NCBI GenBank assembly: GCA_964016885.1
Contig: OZ024740.1
Span: forward strand, 366,482,001-366,546,000
DNA: 64,000 bases
From: Eledone cirrhosa
Taxonomy: Eukaryota
Direction: 5' to 3'
Shown: positions 24,000 through 38,108 of the stretch, one piece after another
Layout: each line of letters opens with the position of its first letter
Numbering within the stretch: position 1 is the first letter of the stretch
The notes under the pieces: generated by a model
What the model saw: the letters and a program-made list of their open reading frames with translations, nothing else
What the model was told of the DNA's origin: nothing
Databases searched by the model: none
Made by a program: the position numbers and the translations under genes

Positions 24000-25170
24000 G
24001 TGTTCCCACAGTTATTACTGGTCACGTTCCTATCAATTGAACACTACACTAGGTTTTGATCCGTGATCATCTAACCATGGAGTGCTCACGGTTACAGATT
24101 GGACAATAATACTTACACACCATTAATGGGCCTACACACATCCTCTGGGTTTTGCTATTCTTTATTATTTTATTTCACCTTTTGTGTTGGGTAACACACC
24201 TCCACCACTCAAACACCTATCTTAAAAGCCCAAGGGCCCATATGACGGGAAATCGCACATACTGACACCTTAACCCAAATACCCAACCCTACACAGAGCC
24301 CCTTGGTGGCCTACATAGCGGTTGCTTGCATGCACAGATTTGGGGACTCAGATTCTCTATGGGACAACGGCACATACTGAGTTCGATATGAGCTGACTAC
24401 TTGTTCTTCACAGGGATGTGTATATACCAAAACATACACTTTTTTGGACGATACGGATGTATATACCATAACATACACTATTTGGAGATACGGATGTTAC
24501 AATTCAATCTATACACGTATAGCAGAACATTGAACTGAACTTACTTGCGTCTGTATAGGGCTGCGGTTGACCCAATTTTTCCAATTTACATCGTCAAATT
24601 GAGATTTGACCAATATAACATTTGTTGTTTTGTAAACCAACTTTCGGTGAATATATGTTGGTATATTTATATTTTTTCTTCGACCTCGCGTCGGTGTGTG
24701 TGAGTGTGTGTGTACTCACTCACACTAACTGTGACCGTCTATAGTTCTACAGATTTGATGCTATGTTGGTATATGTATATATATTTTTTTTTCTTTGACC
24801 TCGCGTCGGTGTTGTGAGTGTGTGTGTACCCACTCACATTAACTGTGACCGACTGTAATTCTACAGATTTGATTGATGTCCAGCGTCTTTTACAGCTATT
24901 GGGAGATAGAGACTTGATAGTTTTATGACCCTAATTGATGGCAGTCGCTGTGTTTGACTGCTTGATCTTCATATGAGGGACTAAACTCTGTGAGTGAACA
25001 CCGTTAATTTTCTCCCTCATATCAAGGATTTGAAGACAATTCATTTTCACCTGACGAGATCAGTGATAATCGATCATGGCTACATGATCGATCTATCTCT
25101 TATTGAAACATGTGTCGTGATTTAAATGATTGGAAATTTATACCATGCCTTCGGATCTTTATTTTGATAT
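24000..25170 (+). mobile_element. Degenerate Penelope-like element 3' portion
   Basis: TTCSSQGCVY (~24397-24426) resembles the CxSxxVVY GIY-YIG start. There is a ~117-bp internal duplication at ~24655-24880 and a 3' hammerhead. Confidence 0.5.
25047..25120 (+). ncRNA. Type I hammerhead motif with extended stem II
   Basis: tcac CTGACGA ...atcgatcatg-gcta-catgatcgat... GAAAC atgt GTC gtga. Confidence 0.7.
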
Positions 25171-25493
25171 GTATATATATTATATGTAATATGTATTTAT
25201 ATATATTATATATATATATAGTTATGTAATAAACAACATAAGATAATTATTTCATTTACCAGTGGTTTCTTGAAAGCAAACAAAATTTGCTTTCAGTCAT
25301 CAGAATGAAAAAATCCTGGTGTATTTATTGACTGGATTTTAAAAATAAAAATATAATCTATATGAAAGTGAGGCTGGAAAAGGAAGAAGGAAAGAAAAAA
25401 AATAAATATAAAAGTAGATAAACAGACATGCACACACGCACACATATATACATACACACATACATATATATACATACACACATATATACACAT

Positions 25494-25542
<49 letters not shown>

Positions 25543-25577
25543 TATATCCATACATACACATACACATAAATACACAA

Positions 25578-25612
<35 letters not shown>

Positions 25613-25981
25613 CACACACATACATATATATAACACACGTACATACACACTCATACATACACACATATATACACGCATACATACGCACACACACACATAT
25701 ATATATATACACACACACCTACATACGCACACACACAATTAATTATAAGAAAAACTAAAAAACAATGAACAAACATATAATGCAATATATACATATACAC
25801 ATATACATACACACATAAATAAATAAATATCTATAAATAAAAAAAGGGTGGGTATGTAAAGGGTAAGGTAGAAAGTAGTATTTATTTATTTCTGTGTGTA
25901 TGTATGTGTTGTGTATATGTGTATATATGTATATATATATGTATATATGTGTATATAATTATATATATCTGTATGTATATG

Positions 25982-26036
<55 letters not shown>

Positions 26037-26050
<14 letters not shown>

Positions 26051-26416
26051 ATTTTTATTATCGTGATGACGTAACTTTTTGTATATATATATGTGTATGT
26101 ATATTAGTGTTTGTGTGTGTATATGTATATATTTATATATATATATACAATAGCCGTCGAAACGGCTTGAGCTCTGCCGTCGGGGGGGGGGGGGGGTCAT
26201 ACTTTTTCCTATATATATATATATTTGTATGGTTGTGTGTGTGTGTATGTATATGCATAATTACATACAGAGTGATTTAATGTTTATTTTCATTGATTAT
26301 TTGCTCCAGGAACATGTTGAGTGCTCTAAATCAGTTATAAAGATTTATACCTTTATCTATTTATTATTTGTCGTATTCCCAACTATTTGTTTATGCCTTC
26401 CACCTTAGTATTTTCT

Positions 26417-26453
<37 letters not shown>

Positions 26454-26794
26454 TGGGAATACGACAAATAATCAATAGATAAAGGTATAAATCTTTATAG
26501 CTGATTTAGAGCACTCAACATGTTCCTGGAGCAAATAATCAATGAAAATAAACATTAAATCACTCTGTATGTAATTATGTATATACATACACATATATAC
26601 ATACACACACACACAACCATACAAATATATATATATATAGGAAAAAGTATGACCCCCCCCCGACGGCAGAGCTCAAGCCGTTTCGACGGCTATTATATAT
26701 ATATATATAAATATATACATATACACACACACACACACTAATATACATACACACATATATATACAAAAAGTTACGTCATTACGATAATAAAAAT

Positions 26795-26810
<16 letters not shown>
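26037..26810. repeat. Inverted repeat (~26037-26383 / ~26452-26810) carrying the 3' half of a hammerhead
   Basis: Arms complementary. GAAACggcttgagctctgccGTC at 26159-26181; a related motif lies on the minus strand at ~54843-54878. Confidence 0.8.
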
Positions 26811-26846
<36 letters not shown>

Positions 26847-27167
26847 TAATGATAAACACAAAACGTGTTTGCATTGTAACAGACAAAGTTAGCCATCAAT
26901 GAAATAAACTAATTAAAGTGAATACAAATTGTCTGTCTCGATATAAGTCAATAAAGACAAGCTTATATTGGCAAAGGCCGTGATTCCTGGACAAATCTAA
27001 ATTTCAAAATCCAAACCCGCTCCGTAGATGAATTTGAACTTCGAAACCTAAACATGTTTCGCAACGATGGTACATGAATTGAAAAATAAAGAGAATCGAA
27101 ATGGAATTGAAATAAAAAGTGAAATATCCAAATCTTCTGTGCTTATCAACAGGAATCCAGTAAAATT

Positions 27168-27304
27168 AGTATATTTCACCATCAAAAATTTTGCAGGTCT
27201 GACTACACGTGTGTGTAGCCAGGCCAAACTAACCTGCAAAATTTTTGATGGTGAAATATACTCTTGAGTTTCACCTGCTTATAAGCAGGTGAAACTCCAG
27301 AGTA
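27168..27304. repeat. Two overlapping hairpins
   Basis: 27168-27198 pairs with 27232-27262; a perfect 32-bp palindrome gagtttcacctgcttataagcaggtgaaactc lies at 27266-27297. Confidence 0.85.
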
Positions 27305-27377
27305 ATGAGATTCACTTAATAAAATGAATATTTAAACTCTAAATTGGTATTGGGTACTCTTTTCCCTCGGTCGTCAA

Positions 27378-27414
<37 letters not shown>

Positions 27415-27510
27415 TATATACAAATATTTATAATCACTGTTGGTTGACCTGAGCAATCAACCAATAATGGTGTAATCAGATGGAATCATGGATGTCACAT
27501 GATATTACAT

Positions 27511-29428
27511 TCATGATATTAAGAAAAGGAAGAAACATGGTATCACATATTCAACATCATTTCATTTCATTACATCATCCCGTTATGCACATTTCAAAGA
27601 TATCAAAAGGTTGTTATTTAGCAGTTATTCAATGCGTCATCATCAAACAAGACTACTTTGATGCTAAACTCCGCCAATTGCAGACTGCGCATCATCATAA
27701 GATATTTTTCTGCAGAAAGTTTGATCTCCAACAGCAAAGTTTAAAGAACAAAGATCAAGTCCAGTTCATTGGTTGACATTATCAAGCCATCGTTTTGGCT
27801 GCCGGCCTCTGCTTCTCTTACCAACCAACATTCCTTCCAGGCATAACCTACTCACACCACGAGTTGATCTTTTTATATGACCGTATAGTTTGAATACTCT
27901 TGACTTGACAATTGATGTAATTGGTCTAATGCTGAGCAGCTCACTGATACAGATATGGTCGCTGAGCCGCTTGCCAGTCATAAGTCTCATGATGTGGTTC
28001 TGGAATGTAGAGAGCTTCTGAAGTGACCTTGTCGTCCAATTAACAGTCAAGACCACATAACACAACTGGTAGCATGTAAGTATCAAAGATCTTAGCCTTC
28101 AAATGATAGGAAACTCGTTTTGATGTTAGTACTTACTTGTTTTTGTTGAAAGCTGCCCAACCTAGAGCAATGAGATACTGCACAGCAACCATTCCATATC
28201 TTAGCTAGTGAGAAATTTCATGCCATCAAAAAATTGAAGTGAGGAAAAAGCCCTGGACTGGACAACATATACTCAGAATTCATCAAAGCTGGAGGTGAAC
28301 CAATCATCAAAGCACTTCAACATCTTTTTAACTGTATTATCACTACAGGAAAAAGCCCAAACATGTTCAAGAAAGCATTAATAGTTGTACTCTACAAAAA
28401 AGGTAGCAGACTAGATAGTGTGAACTATTGTCCTATCAGCCTATTGAGTCACGTTTACAAGTCAGACCTTTACACCTCATATCCTGAAACACAAGTTGTG
28501 TATCAACCTGGAAGAGGCACCATTGAGCAGATCCTAGCTATTGAACAAATCATTGAGAACTCAATAGAATTCAACAACCCTGTGCACATCACCTTTATTG
28601 ACTTCACAAAAGCTTTTGACAATGTGAAACTACCCAGCTTTTGGCAACTATTAAACAGAACCTCAATTAACAAAAGATACATCAACCTACTGAAAAAAAC
28701 TTACACCAACTCAACAGTATATATCAAAACGAATTTGGGAACTACATAGTGTATAGACATCTTGAAGGGAGTTAAGCAGGGGGATGTACTATCAGCACTT
28801 CTTTTATGTATAGTTATAGCTGCACCTATCTACCAAACTGAAGAAGAATGCTCCTCTGGCTATCAAATAGGAGGTAACATCCTATCAAATCTTAGCTATG
28901 CAGACAATCTGGCCATCATGAGTTACTCTAGAACTGATCTGCAAGACTTCCTGAATGTACTGGCCAAACATTTCCTGGAGGCTGGCTTACACATCAACGT
29001 CTCCAAAACAAAGTGTATGACTACTGATAAAAACAATGCGAATCTCCAACTCACAATCTCCAGCCAGCAAATTGCTCAAGTTACAGAGTTTATATATCTC
29101 GGTCACAAACTATCACCATCAATCAAGTGGCCAAATGCAAATAAAGATAAAGTTTATTTTTGTTTTTGATATGCCTGCCATTAAAGAGGTCTTTAGATTT
29201 CAATACTATGCTTGCTGGGTATTGAAATTTAAAGACCTCTTCAATAGCAGACACATCAAAAACAAAAACAACTTATTTCTATTTACATTTGACCTCTTGT
29301 CTGAAGACAATCCATTGAACAATGACCTTTTGATACCTTGAAATGTGCATAATGGGATGATGTAATTAAATAAACTGATGTTGAATATGTGATACCATCT
29401 TTCTTTCTTTTCTTAATATTTATAATGA
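27511..29428. mobile_element. Inverted pLTR-like pair (27511-27620 / 29320-29428) bracketing an RTE insertion; extra palindrome at 29123-29299
   Basis: atggtatcacatattcaacatc...atgcacatttcaa is the reverse complement of ttgaaatgtgcat...gatgttgaatatgtgataccat. Decayed hammerhead CTGAAGA...GAAAtgtgcATA at 29296-29356. Confidence 0.65.
27640..29120 (-). mobile_element. RTE-clade LINE (third family) with 5' inversion
   Basis: Plus 28200-29120 encodes RT (NYxPISLL, FIDFTKAFD, GVKQGD, YAD, KTKCM, FIYLG). Minus 28195-27766 encodes the continuation (IALGWAAF...YGHIKR..GKRSRGRQPKRW). Confidence 0.8.
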
Positions 29429-31069
29429 GCAACAGAGATGGCAAGAGTTAAGAAAAAGTTGAGAAAGTAGAAAGTGTAAACATTCCAACAGACATCACCA
29501 TTTCAAAATAGAAAACAGGTAATAAGAGGTGTAGTGTTGGAAAATGTAGGTGTTTTGTTTTTTAGCTTATAGTTGCTAAAGCTGAGAGATATAATATTTA
29601 GTCTTCTTTGGTTCACAACTGATTACACTTAATTAACCATACCAAGAATTTATTTACCTCCATTTCAAGCTGTCAAGCAATATATAAAATCTGCCAATAT
29701 ATATATATGTGGTGTTTTTTTGGACACACACACACACACACAAATACATTTAATTTGAATAAAATGGTGCCACAATTCTCTTGATGCTTTAAGCATGTGC
29801 TTATTTTGCTTAATGGTTAATCCATCCTTGCATGGAAGTTTGTCAAACACATTTTGATTATGAAATTCAATTGATATTATGTGCTAGATCATTTAGAGAC
29901 AGTTGCTTCTGTCAAGACCCTCTGGAAGGTGTGTCTATGATCCTCTCAAGTAGAAGAAAAAGGAGGAAGAGGAGGAGGAAGGAGAAAAGGTGGTAGCAGC
30001 GGTGATGACAATGGCAATGAAGAAGAAAAATAGTTTCTAATTTGGACACAAATCCAGCAATTCTGGAAGTTGAGGAACATCGATCATATAACCTCCAGTA
30101 TTTGACTGCTACATTATTTATCAACCATGGAAGTATGATAAACACAGCTGATCTCTGCAGGATTTGAAATTTGATTTTGTTTATATTTCTTAAGAGTGTT
30201 TTTTTGATTACCTGTGTGTCTAACATGATGTATACTTAAAGTACTGTACTTGACACTGCATGTAAGACTTAATCCTTTTAAAACAAACCTATTTAAACTG
30301 CCTATGAGAAAAAAACACTTATTTGAATGTGTTCATATCTGTGTTACACTGATTCTGCCAAAAGATTATGTGAATAGTATACATGTCTGTGGAATAAGCA
30401 AATATTTACATGTTAATGTAATGAGCAAGTTGTCCAAACAACGAAACAACTGCAATACTCATCATTGAAATTGACGGAAATCTCCTTACTTTTATTCATG
30501 TGCCAATTGAGCTTATACTATCATCATTATCATCTTTTAACATTCATTTTCCACACTAGCATGTGTTAGACTGGTTATCCCATTAGAGGAATGTTGGGTT
30601 GGGTCACCTTGTTTTGCTCACACAGAACTGTTTCTGGCTAGGTTCCTACAGATTGATGCCCTTCCTAACACCAACCACATTTACAGTGTGTGCTGGGTGC
30701 TTTTTGTCATGACTCCTACACGATCACTTTACTATCTATATTATCTTACCCATGCTAGCGTGGAAGATGGACGTTAAATGATGATGATGATGATTATATT
30801 ATTGATGTTATCTAAATTATGTTAATAGTTATCAATGTTTATAATATTAGCATCTGTGAGTGTTCACATTTTATCATCATCATTTTATCATCATCATTTT
30901 ACGTCCGCTTTTCCCTGCTTGCAAGGGTGTAAATTAAAATTCATTACTTATAGCTATTATCTCTTTTATCATTTACATTATACATTATACATGACTAACA
31001 ATAATAATTTTATTCATATTTCAAGTGGAGACATTCTGTATATGATTCATATTTAACATATGCATAAAA

Positions 31070-31580
31070 AAGGTTGACAAAAAAAGCTTTCCCTCTATGA
31101 ATGAAAGGCCGGCTGTATGATGCCTGTGTAAGATGCAGTTAGTTGCATAGTAGTGAGACATGGGTAGTGACTGCAGAGGATATGCAAAAGCTGTAAAGAA
31201 ATGAAACAAGTATGCTTCGATGGATGTGCTATGCTACTATGCTTTAATAACAATACATGGATAAACTGAGAGAAAAGATTTGTTTAAGAGGAATCAGATA
31301 TAGTTTGCAGGGGAGAAGACTGTGCTTGTGTGGACATGTGATACATATAGATGATGATCGTTGGGTAAAGAATTGCCAAGAAATCCCAGTGGAAGGAAGT
31401 TGTTGTAGTAGGAGATGAAGGAAAACCTGGGCAGAGGTTGTGAGAGCTGATTGCAAGTGACTGTAAGCTCACAGATGAGATGATGAAGGGCCATAAAAAG
31501 TGCAGGGATGCTGCCGTAAAAAAAAACAACCCGCCAAACCCATACAAGCATGGAAAAATGGACATTAAATGATGATGATT
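31070..31580 (+). pseudogene. Degenerate family A-like RTE 3' fragment
   Basis: Decayed KGRLYDACV..ETW..SMLRWMC..DDRWVK..KTW, ending in a (GAT)n tail. Confidence 0.7.
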
Positions 31581-32274
31581 AATCAAAGAAAAAGCTGTAC
31601 TCATGATATTTTTTTCTGGGCCTCTAAAACTGGTGGGAATAAGATAACCTAAAACTAGAGACCTTCTTTGTACTGGCATGTTCTTAAGTCTCTCTTCAGC
31701 CATAAATAACCATGTATTTGCACTTGGAAAGTTTTTTTTCTAATGTGCAAGCCTTGGCAAGCTGTATATGTGGAATACCAGCAGTCATTGATGCATACCA
31801 GTCATCCTCTCCATGCCACCAATGTTGTCCAAGAGAAAGGCAAAGGCCAATAAAACTCAGTACCCATGACATTGTAATTCATTTTTTCCAGCTGAGTGGG
31901 AAACCAGCGTTTTTCTGAAGGAAACAACCAGGGATTGAACTCACAACCTTCCAATTATGAGCTCAGCACCCTAACTAGTAAGCCACACACAAGTTTGTAT
32001 TGATTCTATATCTCAGATACTTAGTGCACAATTTATTATCTTACTGTTTTACTTCCAATTTTTCTAGAGTTAGCTTTTAAAGCTCAATTTTCTTTTGAAC
32101 TGCTAAACATTCACCTGTGAAGTAGGAACGTACTTTATTAAAGAGACATAAGATATCAGCTCGAGAAAGTTCAATAGTCAGTAATCTAGCCATTTAACTC
32201 TTAACATCCTGTACCACATGAAATCACATTAGCAAGACATTCTTGAAAATTATAAAACTTTATGACTACATCAT

Positions 32275-32924
32275 CATCATAGAGGGTCTGACGCCATGCT
32301 TTGCAGCATAGAATCACGGCCCTTTACGGTCTGAGTCCAAATCCAGCCGAGGATAACTTTGCTCTTCATCCTTACGGGGTCGATAAAATAAAGTACCAGT
32401 AATGCACTTGGATAATTGCTAGCTTTGTGCCAAAAGTAGAAACAATTATTACTGTTTAAGTGGATTGGCAGTATCAGTAGAGCATTGGTCAACATACTTA
32501 GCGGCATAGAGTTACGATCATTTATGTTCTAAGCTCAAATCCCACTGAGGTTAGCTTTGCCTTTCATCCTTATGGGGTTGATAAAATAAAGTACCAGTAA
32601 TGCACTTGGGTCGATTTAATTGACTTTCCCCTCTCTCAAAATTGCTGGCTTTGTGCCTAAATCGGAAACCATTATTACTGTTTAACATGCAATCTTGGAA
32701 AATAGGCGTTAAACAGTAATAATTGTTTCTACTTTTGGCACAAGGCCAGCAATTACCCAGTGCATTACTGGTACTTTATTTTATCGACCCCGAGGTTGAC
32801 TTTGCCTTTCATCCTTACGGGGTCGATAAAATAAAGTACTAGTAATGCACTGGGTAATTGCTGGCCTTGTGCCAAAAGTAGAAACAATTATTACTGTTTA
32901 ACGCCTATTTTCTAAGATTGCATG
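32275..32924. mobile_element. Cluster of Nin-domain-type SINEs ending in a fold-back (32686-32792 / 32818-32924)
   Basis: Repeated ttcatccttacggggtcgataaaataaagtac; near-perfect 107-bp inverted arms. Confidence 0.8.
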
Positions 32925-34525
32925 GGTTAGACAGGTTATCACATAATGAGGCTTGTCTGGTCAGGTGCCCATGTCCTGCTCATTCACGCCATTTGACTGG
33001 ATGCCCTTCCTAATACATCTACTTTATAGCATGTACTGGAAACATTTGATCATGACTCTGGCACTATTACTTGACTGGGTGCTTTTCATCATGACACCAG
33101 GACTAACAGCTTACAAGGTGGACTGGGTGCTTTTTGCAATGGTTCAACCACCACTTCTTTACAGTGCAGACTGGGTGCCTTTTATCATGGCATCAGCATT
33201 ACCATTTCACAGGGTGGACTAAATGCATCGATTCTGGAAAAATGAAAGACACAGTTGACCACAGCAAGATTTTCACTTAAAGTATAAAGAGTCATAACTA
33301 AATGCTGCAAACCATTTTGTCTGACAATCCAACAGCAAAATGAAAGAGGATGGAGGAATTAATAGTGTAGTGGACAAAAAATAACAGTATTTGGATTCAC
33401 TTTTTTACATACCGAATTAAGTTTTGAACATTGGAACAACTATTAGGACCATTAATATTTATTAAGCACAATTCCAAAGATTCACCACAACTTCTTTCGA
33501 TAACATGAACTGGGAAATTATAACACACATAACCCTATCAGTGAAGCCCTTTAGAATAGGTCAACTAACAGAAAATTGTACTATGGTTATGAAAAAAATT
33601 CAAAATAAGCCTACAAGGTAAAAATTAAAAATGGTCATCGTGGGCCTCTCTGACTGGTCTGGTGGGCCGGATTGTAGCCTGCGGGCTGCCTGTTGCATGC
33701 CTCTGGTTTATACATTTTTCAACTTTTCATCATCAATAAAGTAAGTACCAGTCATATATAGAATCAATTAAATCAATTGTTACCATTCTCTAAATGTTGA
33801 CTTTGTTCTTAGATTAGAAACAATTTTTTAAATATATATTGCAAAAATGGATCTTAGCTATTTATACTTATTTATCTTCTTTGGGGCTAATTATATTCTA
33901 TTTATTGAATCAAGATAGAAATATTTTGCTGTGCTAGACGTTAGTAAAATAATATAGGATATTTTTATTGACGTCTGTACGCTAAGCTGGTGGTGTGTGA
34001 AATCATATGAGGCTGCAGACAAAGGTCTCAAGGTAATTGTGCCAATATATCAGATAAGGATTTCTCTCTAATTTTAGAGAGGAAATTTGTAAACATATTG
34101 TGATACATACAAACGTACATACATACCTATTTACATTCATGATAATGGCTGCAACTCGATTTCGAGTAATATCATTGTTTAATACTTAAGCATGAGCATC
34201 ATGGATGTGGCTTTTTAGTCCTGCTAGGGACTTGCCTATGACCAGCAATACCATGCATCACAAAAAATGTCACATATCAAGTGATGTCTGTGCTTGAAGC
34301 TTTTTTAAGTGAGGAAAAGCTTTGCACGGGGCCAATCCCACTTTCTCAACATCAAATGCATTTGCCCAAAAAGAAGAACTGGTCTACACTATTGGATGCA
34401 GACGAAGTTGCAGGTTTTATATCAGAGTGACCTTCTCCTAGAGAGATGTCTTAATAAAGACCAGGAGTTTCTCATGTTGGGTTGTATTCCATAGTTAAGG
34501 TGGCTGTAGTGTGCAGAGTGTAAAT

Positions 34526-34860
34526 AAAGTAAGTAAAATTGAAGTCAGGGTTGCATCATATGTATAAACATTATTGGCATATTACAATTGTTTCAATATC
34601 GATCAGTTCAGAGTACAATCATAATGACTGGGGCCCAACTCTTCCTTAACATCACCTCAAATATGCGAGTTTATGTTCAAAGACACATGTTAAGATCTGT
34701 CTTTGTATATATAAACTGACATATCTGAGGAGATGTCGAAGAAGAGTTGGGCTTTGGTCATTATTATTGTATCCTGAGCTGATAGATATTGAAACAATTG
34801 TAATATGCTAATAAAGTTTATGCATATGATGCAAGCCTGACTTCGATTCTACTTACTTTA
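34526..34860. repeat. Imperfect ~335-bp palindrome containing a hammerhead
   Basis: Termini taaagtaagta.../...tacttacttta; arms complementary with many mismatches. Confidence 0.8.
34720..34807 (+). ncRNA. Type I hammerhead motif with a ~60-nt stem II region
   Basis: catat CTGAGGA ...(59 nt)... GAAAC aatt GTA atatg; palindromic stem III acaattgt. Confidence 0.6.
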
Positions 34861-35771
34861 TATATATATACATATCATCATCATCATCACCGTTTTATAT
34901 CAATTCTTCCATGCTAGCATGGGTTAGACGGGTTGTCCTGCTGTGGGCAATGCCAGGTCAGGTGACCATGCCTTGCTCATATGGAACTGACTTTGGCTTA
35001 ATTTCTACAGCTGGATATATATATATATATGTAGGGACAGTGCTTTGGCTTGTTTGTCAGATGCTGTAACCCTGATGGACCAGAAGTACTCTTGGTAGGG
35101 GGTTCTAACTACCTCAGTCCATCTCAACGGCTGAAGACTTTGGAGTTCTGTGTCTTTCATTTGTCTTTTTTTGCCACTGTTTTTAATTTAGAAAAAAACA
35201 TTTTTAAAGATTTCCCCTTGAAAAAATGTTTTCATTCATCTTGTTTTCCATTGTCTTACTTTTGTCAATTATCCTAATTTTATTATCATCAATCTGTGAT
35301 GTGCGTGTTCATTTTTCTTCCTCCAATAATTTCAATGGATTACATTTTTTAACATGATTTCTCACTTTCTTCTTGGCTTTTTTCCTTTCTTTTTCTTTTT
35401 TCTTCTTTTTTACCTCCCCCTTTTTTAGTCTCAGGAGACTATCATTGCTATAAAAAGGACAATACCTTTTCCTAGTCATCACATGAAATCTCACGTGTAC
35501 CTGTTATGGGTTTATTGCTGTAAGTTTATTGTTTTATCTTTTCTTTTACTCTAGAGACAGCACTTTGGTTTGTTTGTCATCTCTAAGGCCGAAGACCTGA
35601 AAATTCTGTCTTTCATTTGTCTTTTTTTTTTGCCATTCTTTTTTATTTTTAAAATATATTTTTTTAAAGTTTTCCTCTTAAAACTTTTTTTTTCACACTA
35701 CATTATTTTCATTTGTCTCCTTTTCTCAATTATTCTCTCTCTCTCTCTCTATCTCTCTCTCGCTCTCTCTC

Positions 35772-36727
<956 letters not shown>

Positions 36728-36911
36728 TAAAATAACAAATTAAAGTTTAAGCAAAGAATCGCTGCTTTCACCCTTAACGGGATCTTCTGAAACTAACAAA
36801 GTCAATCTATAAACGCAGAACTGGATATTTCAAAAAACGTTGCCCGAAAGTCGGTGATTAATTTCGACGACTCTATTTGGATTAAAAAAATCCAATAGTA
36901 CCCCATTCGAC

Positions 36912-38108
36912 GTGAGTATGGGCGCCAGTGATTCTGCGGAGGTTACTGATCTTATCGGCCTTTTCCTTCTTTTCTCTATCAAGGACGAATTCCCCAACGC
37001 GGGCGGTGGTTTGTACCGTGACGATGGTCCTTTGACCATGACTAAGTGCGGACCTCATGCTTGCGACAGGTTCAGAAAAGAACTCACAGCCTTCTTTAAA
37101 GGCTTCAACCTCTCTATACAGGTTGAGGCAAATCTCTCGGTCATTAATTACCTCGACGTTACCCTCAACTTATTGAATGGGTTGTATTACCCGTATAGAA
37201 AGCCGTATGATACGCTTAATTACATAAGTAAGCATTCCAACCATCCTGCCAGCATAACCAAGAACCTGGTAAGAAACGTTTCGTTGAGGCTTTCCCGTCT
37301 TTCCACCAACGAGCGTATTTTCAACGACCATTCCACTTATTACAATGAAGCTCTTGCTCGGAGTGGATTTGTCGATAAGGTAGCATATACAGAGTACGAA
37401 AATAGACCTAGAAGAAATAGATCCCGTGGCATTTGTTTGTATAACCCACCATATAATATGGAGGTGGCCACACCATTAGCTAAGATCTTTCTTTCCCTTA
37501 TTACGAAGCATTTTCCCCCTACACATAAATATAGTAACATTTTTAATAGAAATACTATTAAAATTTCTTACTCTACAACTCTTAACCTTGCACATAACAT
37601 AACAGCTTCAAATTTAGCTAAACTACCTAGCCGTAGGAACACGTGCAACCCTGTAGTTAGTACTAACTGTAATTGTAGGAATCGGGTTGATTGCCACCTA
37701 TCCGGGAAATGCCTCTCTAGTAACATTGTCGACAAATGTAAGGTTGTAACACCCACGTCCCGTAGGGCCTACATAGGGTTAACCGCCAATAGATTCAAGC
37801 AGCGTCTTTACATGCATACCCTTTCTTTTCGTTACCCTCTAAGAAGGAATATGACGTCACTTTCAGCTTATATCTGGAGTCTAAAAAACAACCACACCCA
37901 ATATAAGTTACACTGGGAGATCCTAGCTAGGGCTAGATCGTATAACGGAAATAAAAGACCATGTGACCTCTGCGCCGCTGAGGCCCTGGAAATACTCTAC
38001 GCCACAGACCACATCTTAAACAAAAAATCTGAGGCAATTTCGGCTTGTAAACATAAATTGCACAAAACTTTCCTGTATTACAGCCCCACGTTATACCCTA
38101 ACGGATAG
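36912..38108 (+). CDS. Penelope-like RT C-terminal half, Cys-rich linker and GIY-YIG endonuclease (N-truncated)
   Basis: MGASDSAEVTDL, YRDDG, NYLDVTL, YRKP, CNCR..C.LSGKCL, NIVDKC..YIGLT..FKQR..H..SF. Confidence 0.88.
   Translation: MSMGASDSAEVTDLIGLFLLFSIKDEFPNAGGGLYRDDGPLTMTKCGPHACDRFRKELTAFFKGFNLSIQVEANLSVINYLDVTLNLLNGLYYPYRKPYDTLNYISKHSNHPASITKNLVRNVSLRLSRLSTNERIFNDHSTYYNEALARSGFVDKVAYTEYENRPRRNRSRGICLYNPPYNMEVATPLAKIFLSLITKHFPPTHKYSNIFNRNTIKISYSTTLNLAHNITASNLAKLPSRRNTCNPVVSTNCNCRNRVDCHLSGKCLSSNIVDKCKVVTPTSRRAYIGLTANRFKQRLYMHTLSFRYPLRRNMTSLSAYIWSLKNNHTQYKLHWEILARARSYNGNKRPCDLCAAEALEILYATDHILNKKSEAISACKHKLHKTFLYYSPTLYPNG

Noticed and set aside
33640-33706. hAT-like MITE terminus
   Set aside because: Only one end is visible; no partner TIR or TSD found.
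35034-35690. Diverged direct repeat (~35034-35226 / ~35554-35690) as an LTR pair
   Set aside because: No TG..CA ends, primer-binding site or coding remnant; origin unresolved.
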